DNA from: Gammaproteobacteria bacterium | Lineage (GTDB): Bacteria; Pseudomonadota; Gammaproteobacteria; G965277405 | Length of the DNA: 64,000 bases | Direction: 5' to 3' | Assembly: GCA_965277405.1 (NCBI GenBank) | Contig: OZ255726.1 | Span: 2,048,001 to 2,112,000, forward strand | In this document: piece by piece, positions 52,221 to 62,013 of the stretch | How the letters are laid out: each line of letters starts with the position of its first letter | How positions within the stretch are numbered: the stretch's first letter is position 1 | Program-made: the position numbers and the translations under genes | The notes under the pieces: model-generated | Database searches by the model: none | What the model was told of the DNA's origin: nothing | What the model saw: only the letters and a program-made list of their open reading frames with translations

Positions 52221-53244
52221 GGCTTTATTTGAATAAATTGTTGAAATATGATATGCTACAAGTATCAATCACATCCACAATGCTCTAAATCATGAAGACC
52301 TCTGAATTTAATCAGTTAAAACAAGCAGTTAATGGGCTTTCTCCAAAGCAAAAGGCTGACTTAGAACAGCATTTAATCAATCCAGAATCGCAACCTCAAG
52401 TGCTGAAATTACTTGAACAAGCGGTACATGGATGCCCTCATTGCCAACATGACAGTACCTATAAGTGGGGCACGTCAAAAGGACGTCAGCGGTATCGTTG
52501 TCGATCATGCTTAAAAACCTATAATGCACTAACGGGTTCAGAATTGAATGGTCTGCATAAGCCTGAACTCTGGGAACAATACTGCCAAACGATGGTTGAT
52601 TCAAAATCGCTGCGCATTGCAGCAAAGGAATGCGGCATCAACCTCACCACGGCATTCACATGGCGTCATAAATTTCTTAAATTGGCTGATTTACTTATGA
52701 GCAAGCAGCTTGAAGGCATTGTCGAAATGGATGAAACTTGGTTTAAATATTCTGAAAAAGGCAGTCGCTATTTAACCACTGGCAAGCCGCGAAAACGCGG
52801 TAATAGCAAAGCATCTACAGTGAAAGCTGTTATTGGCATCGATCGAAGTGGCAACATTGTCGATCAGGTTGTAGAGCACTTTACGCTGGATCAATTACAG
52901 GCAACCTTTGTACCTAAACTCGCCGACGATCTGGTTCTCTGTACCGACGGTCATATCAATTATGAGCATCTAGCCAAGCAGAAAAATATCAATCATGTCG
53001 TGTTAAATCAACGCCTTGGTGAGCGGGTCAAAGACAAAGTTTTTCATATTCAAACGGTGAACGCTTACCACATGAGGCTCAAGCAATGGCTAGCCCCTTT
53101 TCATGGTGTTGCAACTAAAAATCTTCATAAATATTGTGGATGGTTTCGTTGGTTTGAGCTTAATAAACGGGGAGATATATCCCCTGCCAGCTTCATGAGG
53201 GATATGCTGTATACAGCATTTCAACAAACTATCAGAACATAGCC
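52221..53244 (+). mobile_element. IS1595-family IS copy A (1024 bp); transposase at 52292-53242
   Basis: Imperfect TIRs GGCTTTATTTGAATAAATTGTTGAAAT / ATTTCAACAAACTATCAGAACATAGCC; TSD CAAATAAT; CPHC..CRSC, MDET, CTDG, HIQTVN. Confidence 0.95.
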
Positions 53245-53467
53245 CAAATAATGGTAGAACCAAATAATTCTTGCCACAAACGCAAATATTTACGGGGTTT
53301 TTACAAAAAACCCAATACAACCCTCTATATTTAACGTGATTTGACAGATCGTTTATAGACTTTTATAAAAAAATATCAGGATATATGGATATTATTGCAA
53401 TCATTGTATGCCTAGTACTTTTAGTTGTTTTGCTGCTTAACAGCGGTAAAACTAATGCTACGCCTAC

Positions 53468-53694
53468 GCAACCTTTGATTAAGTCCATGATGGGCGAGAC
53501 GGAGCAAAAACGCTGATGATAACTAGGCGCAGCAGTTGACAATACTGGTGGTCTTGTGGGTGTTGCCAAGTGCTGCAACAACGTTAGCGCAGCGTTTTTC
53601 CCGTCCCTCTATTGAATTTACTATGGGTTTGCGCCTTGCAATCATCAGCAATTGCAGGCAAACTCGCCCCATCAGCGAGTTAATTAGCGCTTCC
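53468..53694 (+). mobile_element. MITE copy 8 (internal deletion)
   Basis: GCAACCTTTGATTAAGTCC...GAGTTAATTAGCGCTTCC|TTAG. Confidence 0.82.
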
Positions 53695-53762
53695 TTAGGG
53701 CGGACTAGGCAAAATTTTAGAAAATATTGTAAATTATTTCATTGGCGGGTCGGGTATTGTAG

Positions 53763-53981
53763 TTAATTCCTGTAGCGGTTGGACTTAATGTTGATTTCAT
53801 TTCTCTCTTCTCTGAACTAAACCCTAAAATATTTCTCGGTGGAGACAATGTAATCTTTTGGAGTCCACTAGCGTGGACGGTAATTTACGGTTTAACTGAA
53901 GCTACATTCTTAACTTGGATTATCGTTCCAGTATTGTTTAATATTGGTTACCGAATAAAACTTTTTATTTATAAAAGGTAG
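53763..53981 (+). pseudogene. C-terminal fragment of an RND (AcrB-family) permease
   Basis: LIPVAVGLNVDFISLFSELNPKIFLGGDNVIFWSPLAWTVIYGLTEATFLTWIIVPVLF...*. Confidence 0.72.
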
Positions 53982-54047
53982 CTAAACTTTGTTGTAGGTA
54001 CTTGGTTATCAAAAAAATAAAATAAATAGCAAAACAAAGAGAAACAC

Positions 54048-55136
54048 ATGAAAAAAATATGTTTTTTAAACAGTGCTAAAACTTGGGGAGGGGGAGAAAA
54101 ATGGCATTTAGAGGTTAGCACATATATGCATAACAAAGGTTATGGTGTTTTGGTAGTCACAAACAAAGAAAGTGCGCTTTATGATAAATTACAAAACACA
54201 AACATTAATAGTGTAGGCATTAAAATAAATAATTTTAGTTTTTTAAACCTTTTCAAAATTAATGCTTTAAAAAAAATATTAAAAAAACATAAAACAGATA
54301 TTATTGTCATTAACCTATCTAGGGATTTAAAATTAGGAGGGTTAGCGGCAAAAAAAGCTGGAGTACAAAAAATTATATATGGGAGAGGTAGTGCCATTCC
54401 TATAAAAAACAATATCTTAAACAGATTTTATTTTAAAAAAATAGTAACAGATGTTTTAGCCAATTCTAAAGCTACAAAACGTACCGTTTTAGAGAAAAAT
54501 AAAAAATTATTTCCTAAAGAAAAAATAAAAGTTCTTTACAATGCCTTGGATTGTAAAGAATTATCAAAAAGAAAAACAGAGCTAGTCTATAAAAAAATTA
54601 AAGAAAATCAAATAGTACTTACAAGTTTAGGGAGATTAGAGTATGAAAAAAATTATAGCTTTTTGATTTATTTATCTAAAGAATTAAAAAATAGAAACAT
54701 TGAACATAAAATCCTGGTTGGTGGTGAAGGCTCTTTAAAAGAAAAATTAATAGCACTATCCAAGAAGTTGGATGTAAATAAAGAAATTGATTTTTTAGGT
54801 TTTATAAATAATCCAAAAGACATATTACTTAGTGGAGATATTTTTGTTCATCCATCATTATGGGAAGGTTTTGGTTACGTATTGGCAGAAGCTTTATTAT
54901 GTAAAAAACCAGTAATTGCTTTTAATACAACTAGTATCCCTGAAATAATACTCCATAATAAAAGCGGATATGTTTTGGAATTGAATAATATTAAAAAAGT
55001 AGCTGACAAAATAGAACTTCTTGCATCTAATAAAAAATTAAGGGATGATTTAGGTGAGTATGGACATAATTTTGTAACTAAAAATTTTGACAGTACTCTC
55101 ATTTACAAACAAATGGAAGATTATTTTGTGCTATAG
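54048..55136 (+). CDS. Glycosyltransferase family 4 (GT-B), very AT-rich
   Basis: WGGGEK, GRLEYEK, PSLWEGFGYVLAEA. Confidence 0.92.
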   Translation: MKKICFLNSAKTWGGGEKWHLEVSTYMHNKGYGVLVVTNKESALYDKLQNTNINSVGIKINNFSFLNLFKINALKKILKKHKTDIIVINLSRDLKLGGLAAKKAGVQKIIYGRGSAIPIKNNILNRFYFKKIVTDVLANSKATKRTVLEKNKKLFPKEKIKVLYNALDCKELSKRKTELVYKKIKENQIVLTSLGRLEYEKNYSFLIYLSKELKNRNIEHKILVGGEGSLKEKLIALSKKLDVNKEIDFLGFINNPKDILLSGDIFVHPSLWEGFGYVLAEALLCKKPVIAFNTTSIPEIILHNKSGYVLELNNIKKVADKIELLASNKKLRDDLGEYGHNFVTKNFDSTLIYKQMEDYFVL

Positions 55137-55285
55137 AATAAATTGTCTCAACTTGCAAGTTGCGATGGTGTATAAAACAGCAAATAATCTTTTTCGATAT
55201 TATTATAAATGGTGAGCACTTAAACGTTTTTTTATACTCTCCTAATAACCTATTTCTTGGTTATCTGGGGCAGCCACAGTTTTGA

Positions 55286-56056
55286 CTATTCATCCAAACG
55301 GCGTCGCTGCACGCTCGCATCCAATAATTGCTGGGTATAAGGGTGCTTGGCTTGCAGCGCGCGCATATCCTCTACAGTCAGAAATTCTACTATTTCCCCT
55401 TGATTCATAACGGCAATTTCGCTGCACATGTGGGCAACCACTGCCAAATCATGAGAAACCATAAGATATGTCAGGGATCTATCAACCTGCAAATCAGTCA
55501 GCAAGTTCAGTATTTCTGCCTGTACTGAAACGTCTAACGCAGAGGTTGGCTCGTCCAATAACAGTATTTCAGGTTGAATCACCAGTGCCCGCGCAATGGC
55601 TACACGTTGGCGCTGACCACCGGAAAGTTGGTGTGGATAGCGAAAGCGCAAACTTTGGCTTAAGCCGACATTACCCAATACTTGCACAATGCGTTTATCC
55701 GCATCAGCAAACCCCTGCAAATACAGCGATTCAGCTAAAACATGGTCGATGGTTTTACGCGGATGCAAGGATGCATAGGGGTCCTGAAACACCATTTGCA
55801 CTTTTGCATAAAAACTACTGGTTCTGGTTTTACCGAGGCCTTCGGCTAGCGCCGTAATCTTGCCAGACCAGTCAGGGATCAACCCGGTGATCGCGCGCAA
55901 CACGGTAGATTTTCCGGATCCTGATTCACCAACAAGCCCAAAGCTACTGCCTTTTTCCAGCGTAAAAGTTGCATTAACTACTGCATCAACCCGCGTAGCG
56001 CCTGCGCCAAAGCCGACGCAGAGGTTATCAACTTGTATACTTACCTCGCCGACCAT
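55286..56056 (-). CDS. Peptide ABC ATPase (DppF-like)
   Basis: GESGSGKST, FQDPYASL, LSGGQRQR. Confidence 0.9.
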   Translation of the reverse strand: MVGEVSIQVDNLCVGFGAGATRVDAVVNATFTLEKGSSFGLVGESGSGKSTVLRAITGLIPDWSGKITALAEGLGKTRTSSFYAKVQMVFQDPYASLHPRKTIDHVLAESLYLQGFADADKRIVQVLGNVGLSQSLRFRYPHQLSGGQRQRVAIARALVIQPEILLLDEPTSALDVSVQAEILNLLTDLQVDRSLTYLMVSHDLAVVAHMCSEIAVMNQGEIVEFLTVEDMRALQAKHPYTQQLLDASVQRRRLDE

Positions 56057-56928
56057 TATGCGCGCTGCGCATCAATAATGCCACTAACACTGGGCGCCGT
56101 ACCCCAGGCATCATCACGTTGCAATGTTTCTAGCCGTTCAACCCTGCGTTCGAGTTGAGGCAGCGATTTTAGTAGATTCTGCGTATACCCATGCTTTGCC
56201 TTATTAAGTTCATCGGCACGGCATGTTTCAACAATCTTACCCGCATACATGATCAACACCCGGTCACAAAAAGCAGCAACAACATTGAGGTCGTGACTGA
56301 TAAATATCAGCCCCATATCGCGTTCGCGGACCAACTTGTCCATAATATCGAGCAAGTTCTTTTGCACCGTCACATCAAGCGCTGAAGTGGGTTCATCGGC
56401 AATCAGGATTTGCGGGTCAGGAATAAGCATCATGGCAATCATTACCCGCTGTGCCATACCACTAGATATTTCATGAGGATATGCTTTAAAGACACGTTGA
56501 GGATCGCGGATCAACACCGTTTCCAACATCTCAATAGTCTTTTTGACCGCTTCCCTACGCCCAACTTTGGCGTGTAATCGATACGCTTCACAAATCTGTG
56601 TGCCGGCCCGCATCACCGGGTTGAGTGAAAATTTAGGGTCTTGCATAACCATGGAAATCCGGTGACCGCGAATACTCCGCATCGCTTTTTCAGAGAGCTT
56701 GAGCAAATCCTGCCCTGCGAGGAGAATATGGTCGGCGCTAGCAATGCCAGGTTTCTTAATCAACCGCAATATCGCCCGCGCGGTGATCGATTTGCCTGAT
56801 CCTGACTCACCAACAATACCAAGTCGTTCTTTACCTAACGAGAATGAAATATTACGCACCGCCTTCACCACGCCAGTCCGGCTGGGAAACTTGACTCTAA
56901 GATTTTTAACTTCGAGTAGGTTGGTCAT
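56056..56928 (-). CDS. Peptide ABC ATPase (DppD-like)
   Basis: GESGSGKS, YPHEISSGMAQR, ADEPTSALD. Confidence 0.9.
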   Translation of the reverse strand: MTNLLEVKNLRVKFPSRTGVVKAVRNISFSLGKERLGIVGESGSGKSITARAILRLIKKPGIASADHILLAGQDLLKLSEKAMRSIRGHRISMVMQDPKFSLNPVMRAGTQICEAYRLHAKVGRREAVKKTIEMLETVLIRDPQRVFKAYPHEISSGMAQRVMIAMMLIPDPQILIADEPTSALDVTVQKNLLDIMDKLVRERDMGLIFISHDLNVVAAFCDRVLIMYAGKIVETCRADELNKAKHGYTQNLLKSLPQLERRVERLETLQRDDAWGTAPSVSGIIDAQRA

Positions 56929-57861
56929 TTATTTGTTGTTTTTTGGGTCGAGCACATCACGCAGGCCATCACCTAACAAATTGAAGGCAAGCGATACGCT
57001 AAAGATCGCCAAGCCAGGCATGGTGACCACCCACCAATGATCGAGAATAAACATGCGGCCTGCTGAAATCATCGCACCCCATTCAGGCGATGGTGGCTGA
57101 GCACCAAGCCCAAGGAATCCGAGTCCTGCTGCGGTCAAGATGATCCCTGACATATCCAGCGTTACCCGAATGATTAGCGATGAAATACACAAGGGCCAGA
57201 TATGGCGCGTGATGATATTCAACGCACCGCTACCTTGCAATTTAATCGCGTGGATATAGTCGGCGTTGCGGATGGTCAAGGTCTCAGCTCGAGCAATCCT
57301 TGCATAGGGCGGCCACGCAGTAAGCACGATTGCCAGCACCGCGTTATCAATCCCTGCTCCAAGCGCTGCAACAAAAGCAAGCGCCAGAACCAATCGCGGA
57401 AATGCCAAGAAGATATCGGTGATACGCATCAGCACAACATCGACCCAGCCACCAAGATAGCCAGCAACTGTTCCGACCAACAGCCCGACAACCGGCGCAA
57501 TCAAAGCCACCAGCGCAACGATATACAGCGTGATAAGCGATCCGTGCATTAACCGGCTCAAAATATCGCGTCCAAGCGAATCTGAACCGAGAATAAACCC
57601 GCCTTCTCCAGGTGGTAGGAGGCGAGCGGCAAGGTCTTGGGCAAACGGATCAGCCCCAGCCAACCATGGTGCAAACGTTGCAATAAACAACAATGCCGCC
57701 AAAATCGCCAGACCAAACATCGCCATCGGGTTCGACTTTAGCGTCAACCACGCACGATAATACGCTGATAATTTTGCCTGTTTACGCGATGTTGGCGCGT
57801 CGCTGGTTAACCAGTCGTGCCAGTTTTGTTTAGCCTTAGGGCTGGCATTGAATTCACTCAT
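56929..57861 (-). CDS. Peptide ABC permease (DppC-like)
   Basis: LGSDSLGRD, LGFLGLGAQPPSPEWG, GDGLRDVLDP. Confidence 0.92.
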   Translation of the reverse strand: MSEFNASPKAKQNWHDWLTSDAPTSRKQAKLSAYYRAWLTLKSNPMAMFGLAILAALLFIATFAPWLAGADPFAQDLAARLLPPGEGGFILGSDSLGRDILSRLMHGSLITLYIVALVALIAPVVGLLVGTVAGYLGGWVDVVLMRITDIFLAFPRLVLALAFVAALGAGIDNAVLAIVLTAWPPYARIARAETLTIRNADYIHAIKLQGSGALNIITRHIWPLCISSLIIRVTLDMSGIILTAAGLGFLGLGAQPPSPEWGAMISAGRMFILDHWWVVTMPGLAIFSVSLAFNLLGDGLRDVLDPKNNK

Positions 57862-58952
57862 TTGGTCCTTGGATCGAAGACTTTATACAGCATGTCGGAG
57901 AAGATGTTGAGGCTGACAAACACTAGCCCAACAACCACCGTGCCGCCGAGAACCGCATTCATATCCGCAGATAACAATGAAGTTGTGATGTATAAACCGA
58001 TACCAGGCCACGCGAAAATAGTTTCTGTCAAAACGGAACCCTCGAGCAGCCCAGCATATGAAAGCACAATCACGGTAACCAGTGGCACTTTGACATTCCC
58101 TAGCGCATGTACCCAAACCACATAGGGTTCTGCAAGCCCCTTAACCCTCGCTGTGGTGATATATTCCTGATCAAGCTGCTCGAGCATAAAGCTGCGCGTC
58201 ATGCGAGAAATATAGGCCAGCGAGTAATAGGCGAGTAATCCTGCTGGTAAAATGATGTGTGAAACAGCATTCCAAAAAATAGTTTTATCACCAGCAATCA
58301 GGCTATCAACGAGGATCATCCCAGTCACCGCTGGCACAATATCGGCGTAATAAATATCAAGGCGTCCTGGCCCTGCCACCCAATCTAGCTTGCCATACAA
58401 CACTATCAGTCCAATCATACCAATCCAGAAAATCGGCATGGAATAACCAATCAGCGCGACGACGCGGGCGGTGTAATCAACCCATGTGCCTTGTCTTACA
58501 GCAGCGATAACACCAAGCGGAACGCCGAGAACGATACCGATCATAATACCGACCGTTGCCAGTTCAATTGTCGCTGGAAACACGCGGATCAAATCCTGCG
58601 CTACAGGACGCGCAGTCAACAAGGATTCGCCAAAATCACCGTGCAACACATCCTTGAGAAAAATGAAAAATTGGATAATCAGTGGTTTATCCAGCCCCAG
58701 ATCGCGGTAGGCCTGCTGATAAGTCTCATTGCTAGCCGCTTCGCCAACGATGGCAAGCACTGGGTCAATCGGCATCACCCGACCAATAACAAAGGTCATA
58801 CATAACAGACCAATCATGGTGATCAGCACGGTAAAAATTGTTTTGCAGATGCCAACTACCCAATCCGCAGTAACCGAGTTCAGCAAACGCTGCGAAAAAT
58901 ACAACGCCTGCCAACTTCCTCCATCGTTTCCAGTAGGCAAAACTCCCATCAA
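57858..58952 (-). CDS. Peptide ABC permease (DppB-like)
   Basis: GDFGES, FPATIEL, TARVKGL, TETIFAWPGIG. Confidence 0.92.
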   Translation of the reverse strand: MMGVLPTGNDGGSWQALYFSQRLLNSVTADWVVGICKTIFTVLITMIGLLCMTFVIGRVMPIDPVLAIVGEAASNETYQQAYRDLGLDKPLIIQFFIFLKDVLHGDFGESLLTARPVAQDLIRVFPATIELATVGIMIGIVLGVPLGVIAAVRQGTWVDYTARVVALIGYSMPIFWIGMIGLIVLYGKLDWVAGPGRLDIYYADIVPAVTGMILVDSLIAGDKTIFWNAVSHIILPAGLLAYYSLAYISRMTRSFMLEQLDQEYITTARVKGLAEPYVVWVHALGNVKVPLVTVIVLSYAGLLEGSVLTETIFAWPGIGLYITTSLLSADMNAVLGGTVVVGLVFVSLNIFSDMLYKVFDPRTK

Positions 58953-58961
58953 TTGCTGGGA

Positions 58962-60554
58962 CTATTTAGTAATCGGCCAATACATTATCGAGGTGACAGC
59001 ACCACCAGTATTCAGGTGTTTGATGTTGGCGCGAATACCACTTTGGGAAATTTGCTGGAACATGATGGCAAACGGCGCACGTTGTTGGTGGTCGCGTTGA
59101 ATAGCTTGATACATCGCTGCGCGTTTTGCTGGGTCGCTTTCCTCAACTGCAGCCTTGGTAGCTTTTGACATTTCTGGTAAATACCAGGAATTGCGCCAAG
59201 CAAGCAGGCCAGTGGCGCTGGCTGCGTCAGAGTTATCGGGGTTAAACGCAAATGTTGCAGCATTGGTATTTGGATCTGGATAATCCGGTCCCCAAGAACC
59301 AACATAAATTTGATGTTTACGCGCGCGGTATTTAGCGAGTGTCTGCTTACCAGTACCAACTTCAATGCTAACATTGATGTTGGCTTTGGCAAATGAGTTT
59401 TGGATTGATTGGGCAATCTCAATGCGATCCTGAGAGTTACGGACGATTATTTTCAGGTTAAACCCACCTTCAAGACCGGCTTCTTGCAGCAGCGCTTTGG
59501 CTTTATCAACGTCATATGTATACGGCTGGTCAGTAATTTCACCCAGAAACGTACGCGGCAGGAATGCCTGGTGCACGGTATATTGGCCTTTGAGGAATGA
59601 ATTCTGCATTCCTTGATAATCAATCAAATATTTTAGAGCTTTGACAACCTGTGGTTTGGCAAGGTTTGCGTCTTGCTGGTTCATCGATATATACATCAAG
59701 CGTCCACGCAGATCGTTTACCACGGCAAGATCACTATTTTCTGCAAGACCGGCAACATCTGCAGGATTCAGCGAGCGGGCAATGTCGATATCGCCTTTTT
59801 CGAGCAACAGCCGCTGGGTGGCAGATTCCTGAATGTGGCGTACAACGACTTTCTCAATTTTTGGTGCGCCTGCAAAATACTCGGCATTTGCAGTTAGTAG
59901 ATACGATTCATTTGGTTTCCAGTTGACCAGTTTGTAAGGCCCAGAACCAGCGGAATGGGTTTTTAGCCAGCCATTCCCCATATCGCCATTTTTTGCGTGG
60001 GACATAACTGTTTTCGAATCGACAATCCCCCCGATATTAGCGGTAAGGCAGTTGAGCACGAATGATATAGCGTATTTCTTATCGGTGGTTATCACGAAAC
60101 TCATATCATCAACCAACTTGATGGTGTCAGCAACATTATCAGCAGTAAATCCAAATTGCGTCAGGATGAAAGCTGGGGTTTTGTTGAGTTTCACCGCGCG
60201 TTGCAGCGAATACACCGCATCGTGTGCGGTTACCGCATTGCCAGAATGGAATTTTACCCCAGCGCGCATTTTAAAAGTAATGCTCCTGCCATCTGCAGCA
60301 ACGCTCCAGCTTTCCGCCAGACTGGGCAGATACCCCTTGGAAAAGTCAGCAGGGTCAAAAAACATCAGGTTATTATATACGTTACGGTTCAAGTCGTTGC
60401 CCGAGAATTCAAAGGATTGCGCAGGATCAAGCGATATGATGTCATCGATGTGTGTGGCGATAACCAGCATATTTGCTGGAGTGGCAGCATTCGCCATGTT
60501 CGCGGTTGTCAGAACGCTAACCGCCACCAGTACTAAACGTTTAATTATTTTCAT
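58962..60554 (-). CDS. Peptide ABC substrate-binding protein (family 5)
   Basis: Signal peptide, SLDPA, LAESW, FHSGN, GSGPY, WGPDYPDP. Confidence 0.93.
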   Translation of the reverse strand: MKIIKRLVLVAVSVLTTANMANAATPANMLVIATHIDDIISLDPAQSFEFSGNDLNRNVYNNLMFFDPADFSKGYLPSLAESWSVAADGRSITFKMRAGVKFHSGNAVTAHDAVYSLQRAVKLNKTPAFILTQFGFTADNVADTIKLVDDMSFVITTDKKYAISFVLNCLTANIGGIVDSKTVMSHAKNGDMGNGWLKTHSAGSGPYKLVNWKPNESYLLTANAEYFAGAPKIEKVVVRHIQESATQRLLLEKGDIDIARSLNPADVAGLAENSDLAVVNDLRGRLMYISMNQQDANLAKPQVVKALKYLIDYQGMQNSFLKGQYTVHQAFLPRTFLGEITDQPYTYDVDKAKALLQEAGLEGGFNLKIIVRNSQDRIEIAQSIQNSFAKANINVSIEVGTGKQTLAKYRARKHQIYVGSWGPDYPDPNTNAATFAFNPDNSDAASATGLLAWRNSWYLPEMSKATKAAVEESDPAKRAAMYQAIQRDHQQRAPFAIMFQQISQSGIRANIKHLNTGGAVTSIMYWPITK

Positions 60555-60700
60555 TTTTCTCCCCTTTTGATAAATCAATTATTTTTTTTGACCGTTGCAG
60601 CGCTGTTTACGTGCAGACTAAAAGTATGAATTATACCCCAATATGCATCATTTAGCACGCATTCTTTTAGCCGATGCTTCCCCCCTTGTATCGGTTGCAT

Positions 60701-61786
60701 TCAACCCTTGAGAGTCTTCTCCAGCACGCGTAGCCAATTGCCGTGGCAGACCTTGGTCATCAGTTCTTCACCATAGCCATGTGCACGCATCCCAGTACGC
60801 AACGCTTTTAATCCCACTACGTCTTTGATCGATTCAGGCAGCAACACCCCTTCAAAATCGGAGCCAATCCCAACTCCATCCTCCCCAACATGTTCGATCA
60901 AATAATCAAGATGGCGCAGCATATCATCAATGGTTACATCAGAACGCATCTGCCCGTCAGCACGAATGAAGGCACAGCCAAAATTCAGCCCGACCATGCC
61001 TGCACTCGCACGAATCGCCGCCAATTGCTTATCGGTTAAATTGCGAGCGTGGGGACAGATGGCATATGCGTTGGAATGGGTCGCAACCAGCGGCGCATCG
61101 CTAATTTTTGCCACATCCCAAAACCCAGCTTCGTTCAAATGAGACAAATCGATCACCATGTTAAAATGGTTTTGCACCTTGACCATTTCCTTGCCAAAAT
61201 CCGTGAGACCCGCACCGATATCGCCTGTTGAAGGGTAGCGAAACGGCACCCCGTAGCCACACTGTGTCGGACGGCTCCAAACGGGTCCAATCGAACGCAG
61301 CCCAGCCGTGTGCAGAATTTCAAGCGCATTAAAATCCTTATCAATTGCTTCCGCGCCTTCAAGATGCATCAGCATGGCGAGGGTATCGGTTGCAAGACAT
61401 TGGCGAATATCAGCAGCAGAACGGCAAATTTTTGCAGCGCCACTTGCATCACGTTCAATTCGCAACAGGATTGCCGCCATCGCCAGCGTAACCCGCAAAG
61501 CCTCCGCAACCGGAATTTCATCCGGTAATGGAAGATCGTAGCTAGGGCGGCACATTTCCTGATAACGATCCAAATTAGCGGGTGGTGATGGTACGTAAAT
61601 GGCAAAAAATCCTCCAGCAAACCCTGCAACTTTGATGCGGGGCATGTCCAGATGCCCACCTTCGCGCCCATCAATTTCGCGCCCATCAATAAAGTGGCGC
61701 TGGGCATTGGTCTCATTCATCATATACAGCCGCAGCAATATATCATTATGACCGTCGAAAATTAAAGGTAGTCGGTTATCATCCAT
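60701..61786 (-). CDS. Membrane dipeptidase (peptidase M19)
   Basis: FDGHND, HLEGAE, IDLSH, ATHSN, RNLTD, GSDFEG. Confidence 0.92.
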   Translation of the reverse strand: MDDNRLPLIFDGHNDILLRLYMMNETNAQRHFIDGREIDGREGGHLDMPRIKVAGFAGGFFAIYVPSPPANLDRYQEMCRPSYDLPLPDEIPVAEALRVTLAMAAILLRIERDASGAAKICRSAADIRQCLATDTLAMLMHLEGAEAIDKDFNALEILHTAGLRSIGPVWSRPTQCGYGVPFRYPSTGDIGAGLTDFGKEMVKVQNHFNMVIDLSHLNEAGFWDVAKISDAPLVATHSNAYAICPHARNLTDKQLAAIRASAGMVGLNFGCAFIRADGQMRSDVTIDDMLRHLDYLIEHVGEDGVGIGSDFEGVLLPESIKDVVGLKALRTGMRAHGYGEELMTKVCHGNWLRVLEKTLKG

Positions 61787-62013
61787 CGGAATTACGCGTA
61801 AGGCGGGTACTGAAGATTATGAATTATTGTTTAATTTTTACGTTTTATCAATGGTTTTAATTGCTATTGACGTTCCTTAAAATAAATTCATACGAAGAAA
61901 CTCATATAAAACGAGAAATCACATTAAACTCACATTATTAGCAACAGAGCCGCCCGTACTATTATGGGTCTCGACCTGTGACGCTGTCAGACGGCATAGC
62001 AGGTTGGCAAATT

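Noticed and set aside
52221-53244. Intact IS1595 as the trans-mobiliser of the R-M element
   Set aside because: TIRs differ (GGCTTTATTTGAAT versus GGGAATTATATACC) and the transposases are only distantly similar
61661-61690. 15-bp tandem duplication (IDGRE twice) in the dipeptidase
   Set aside because: In-frame slippage in a probable loop; catalytic motifs are unaffected
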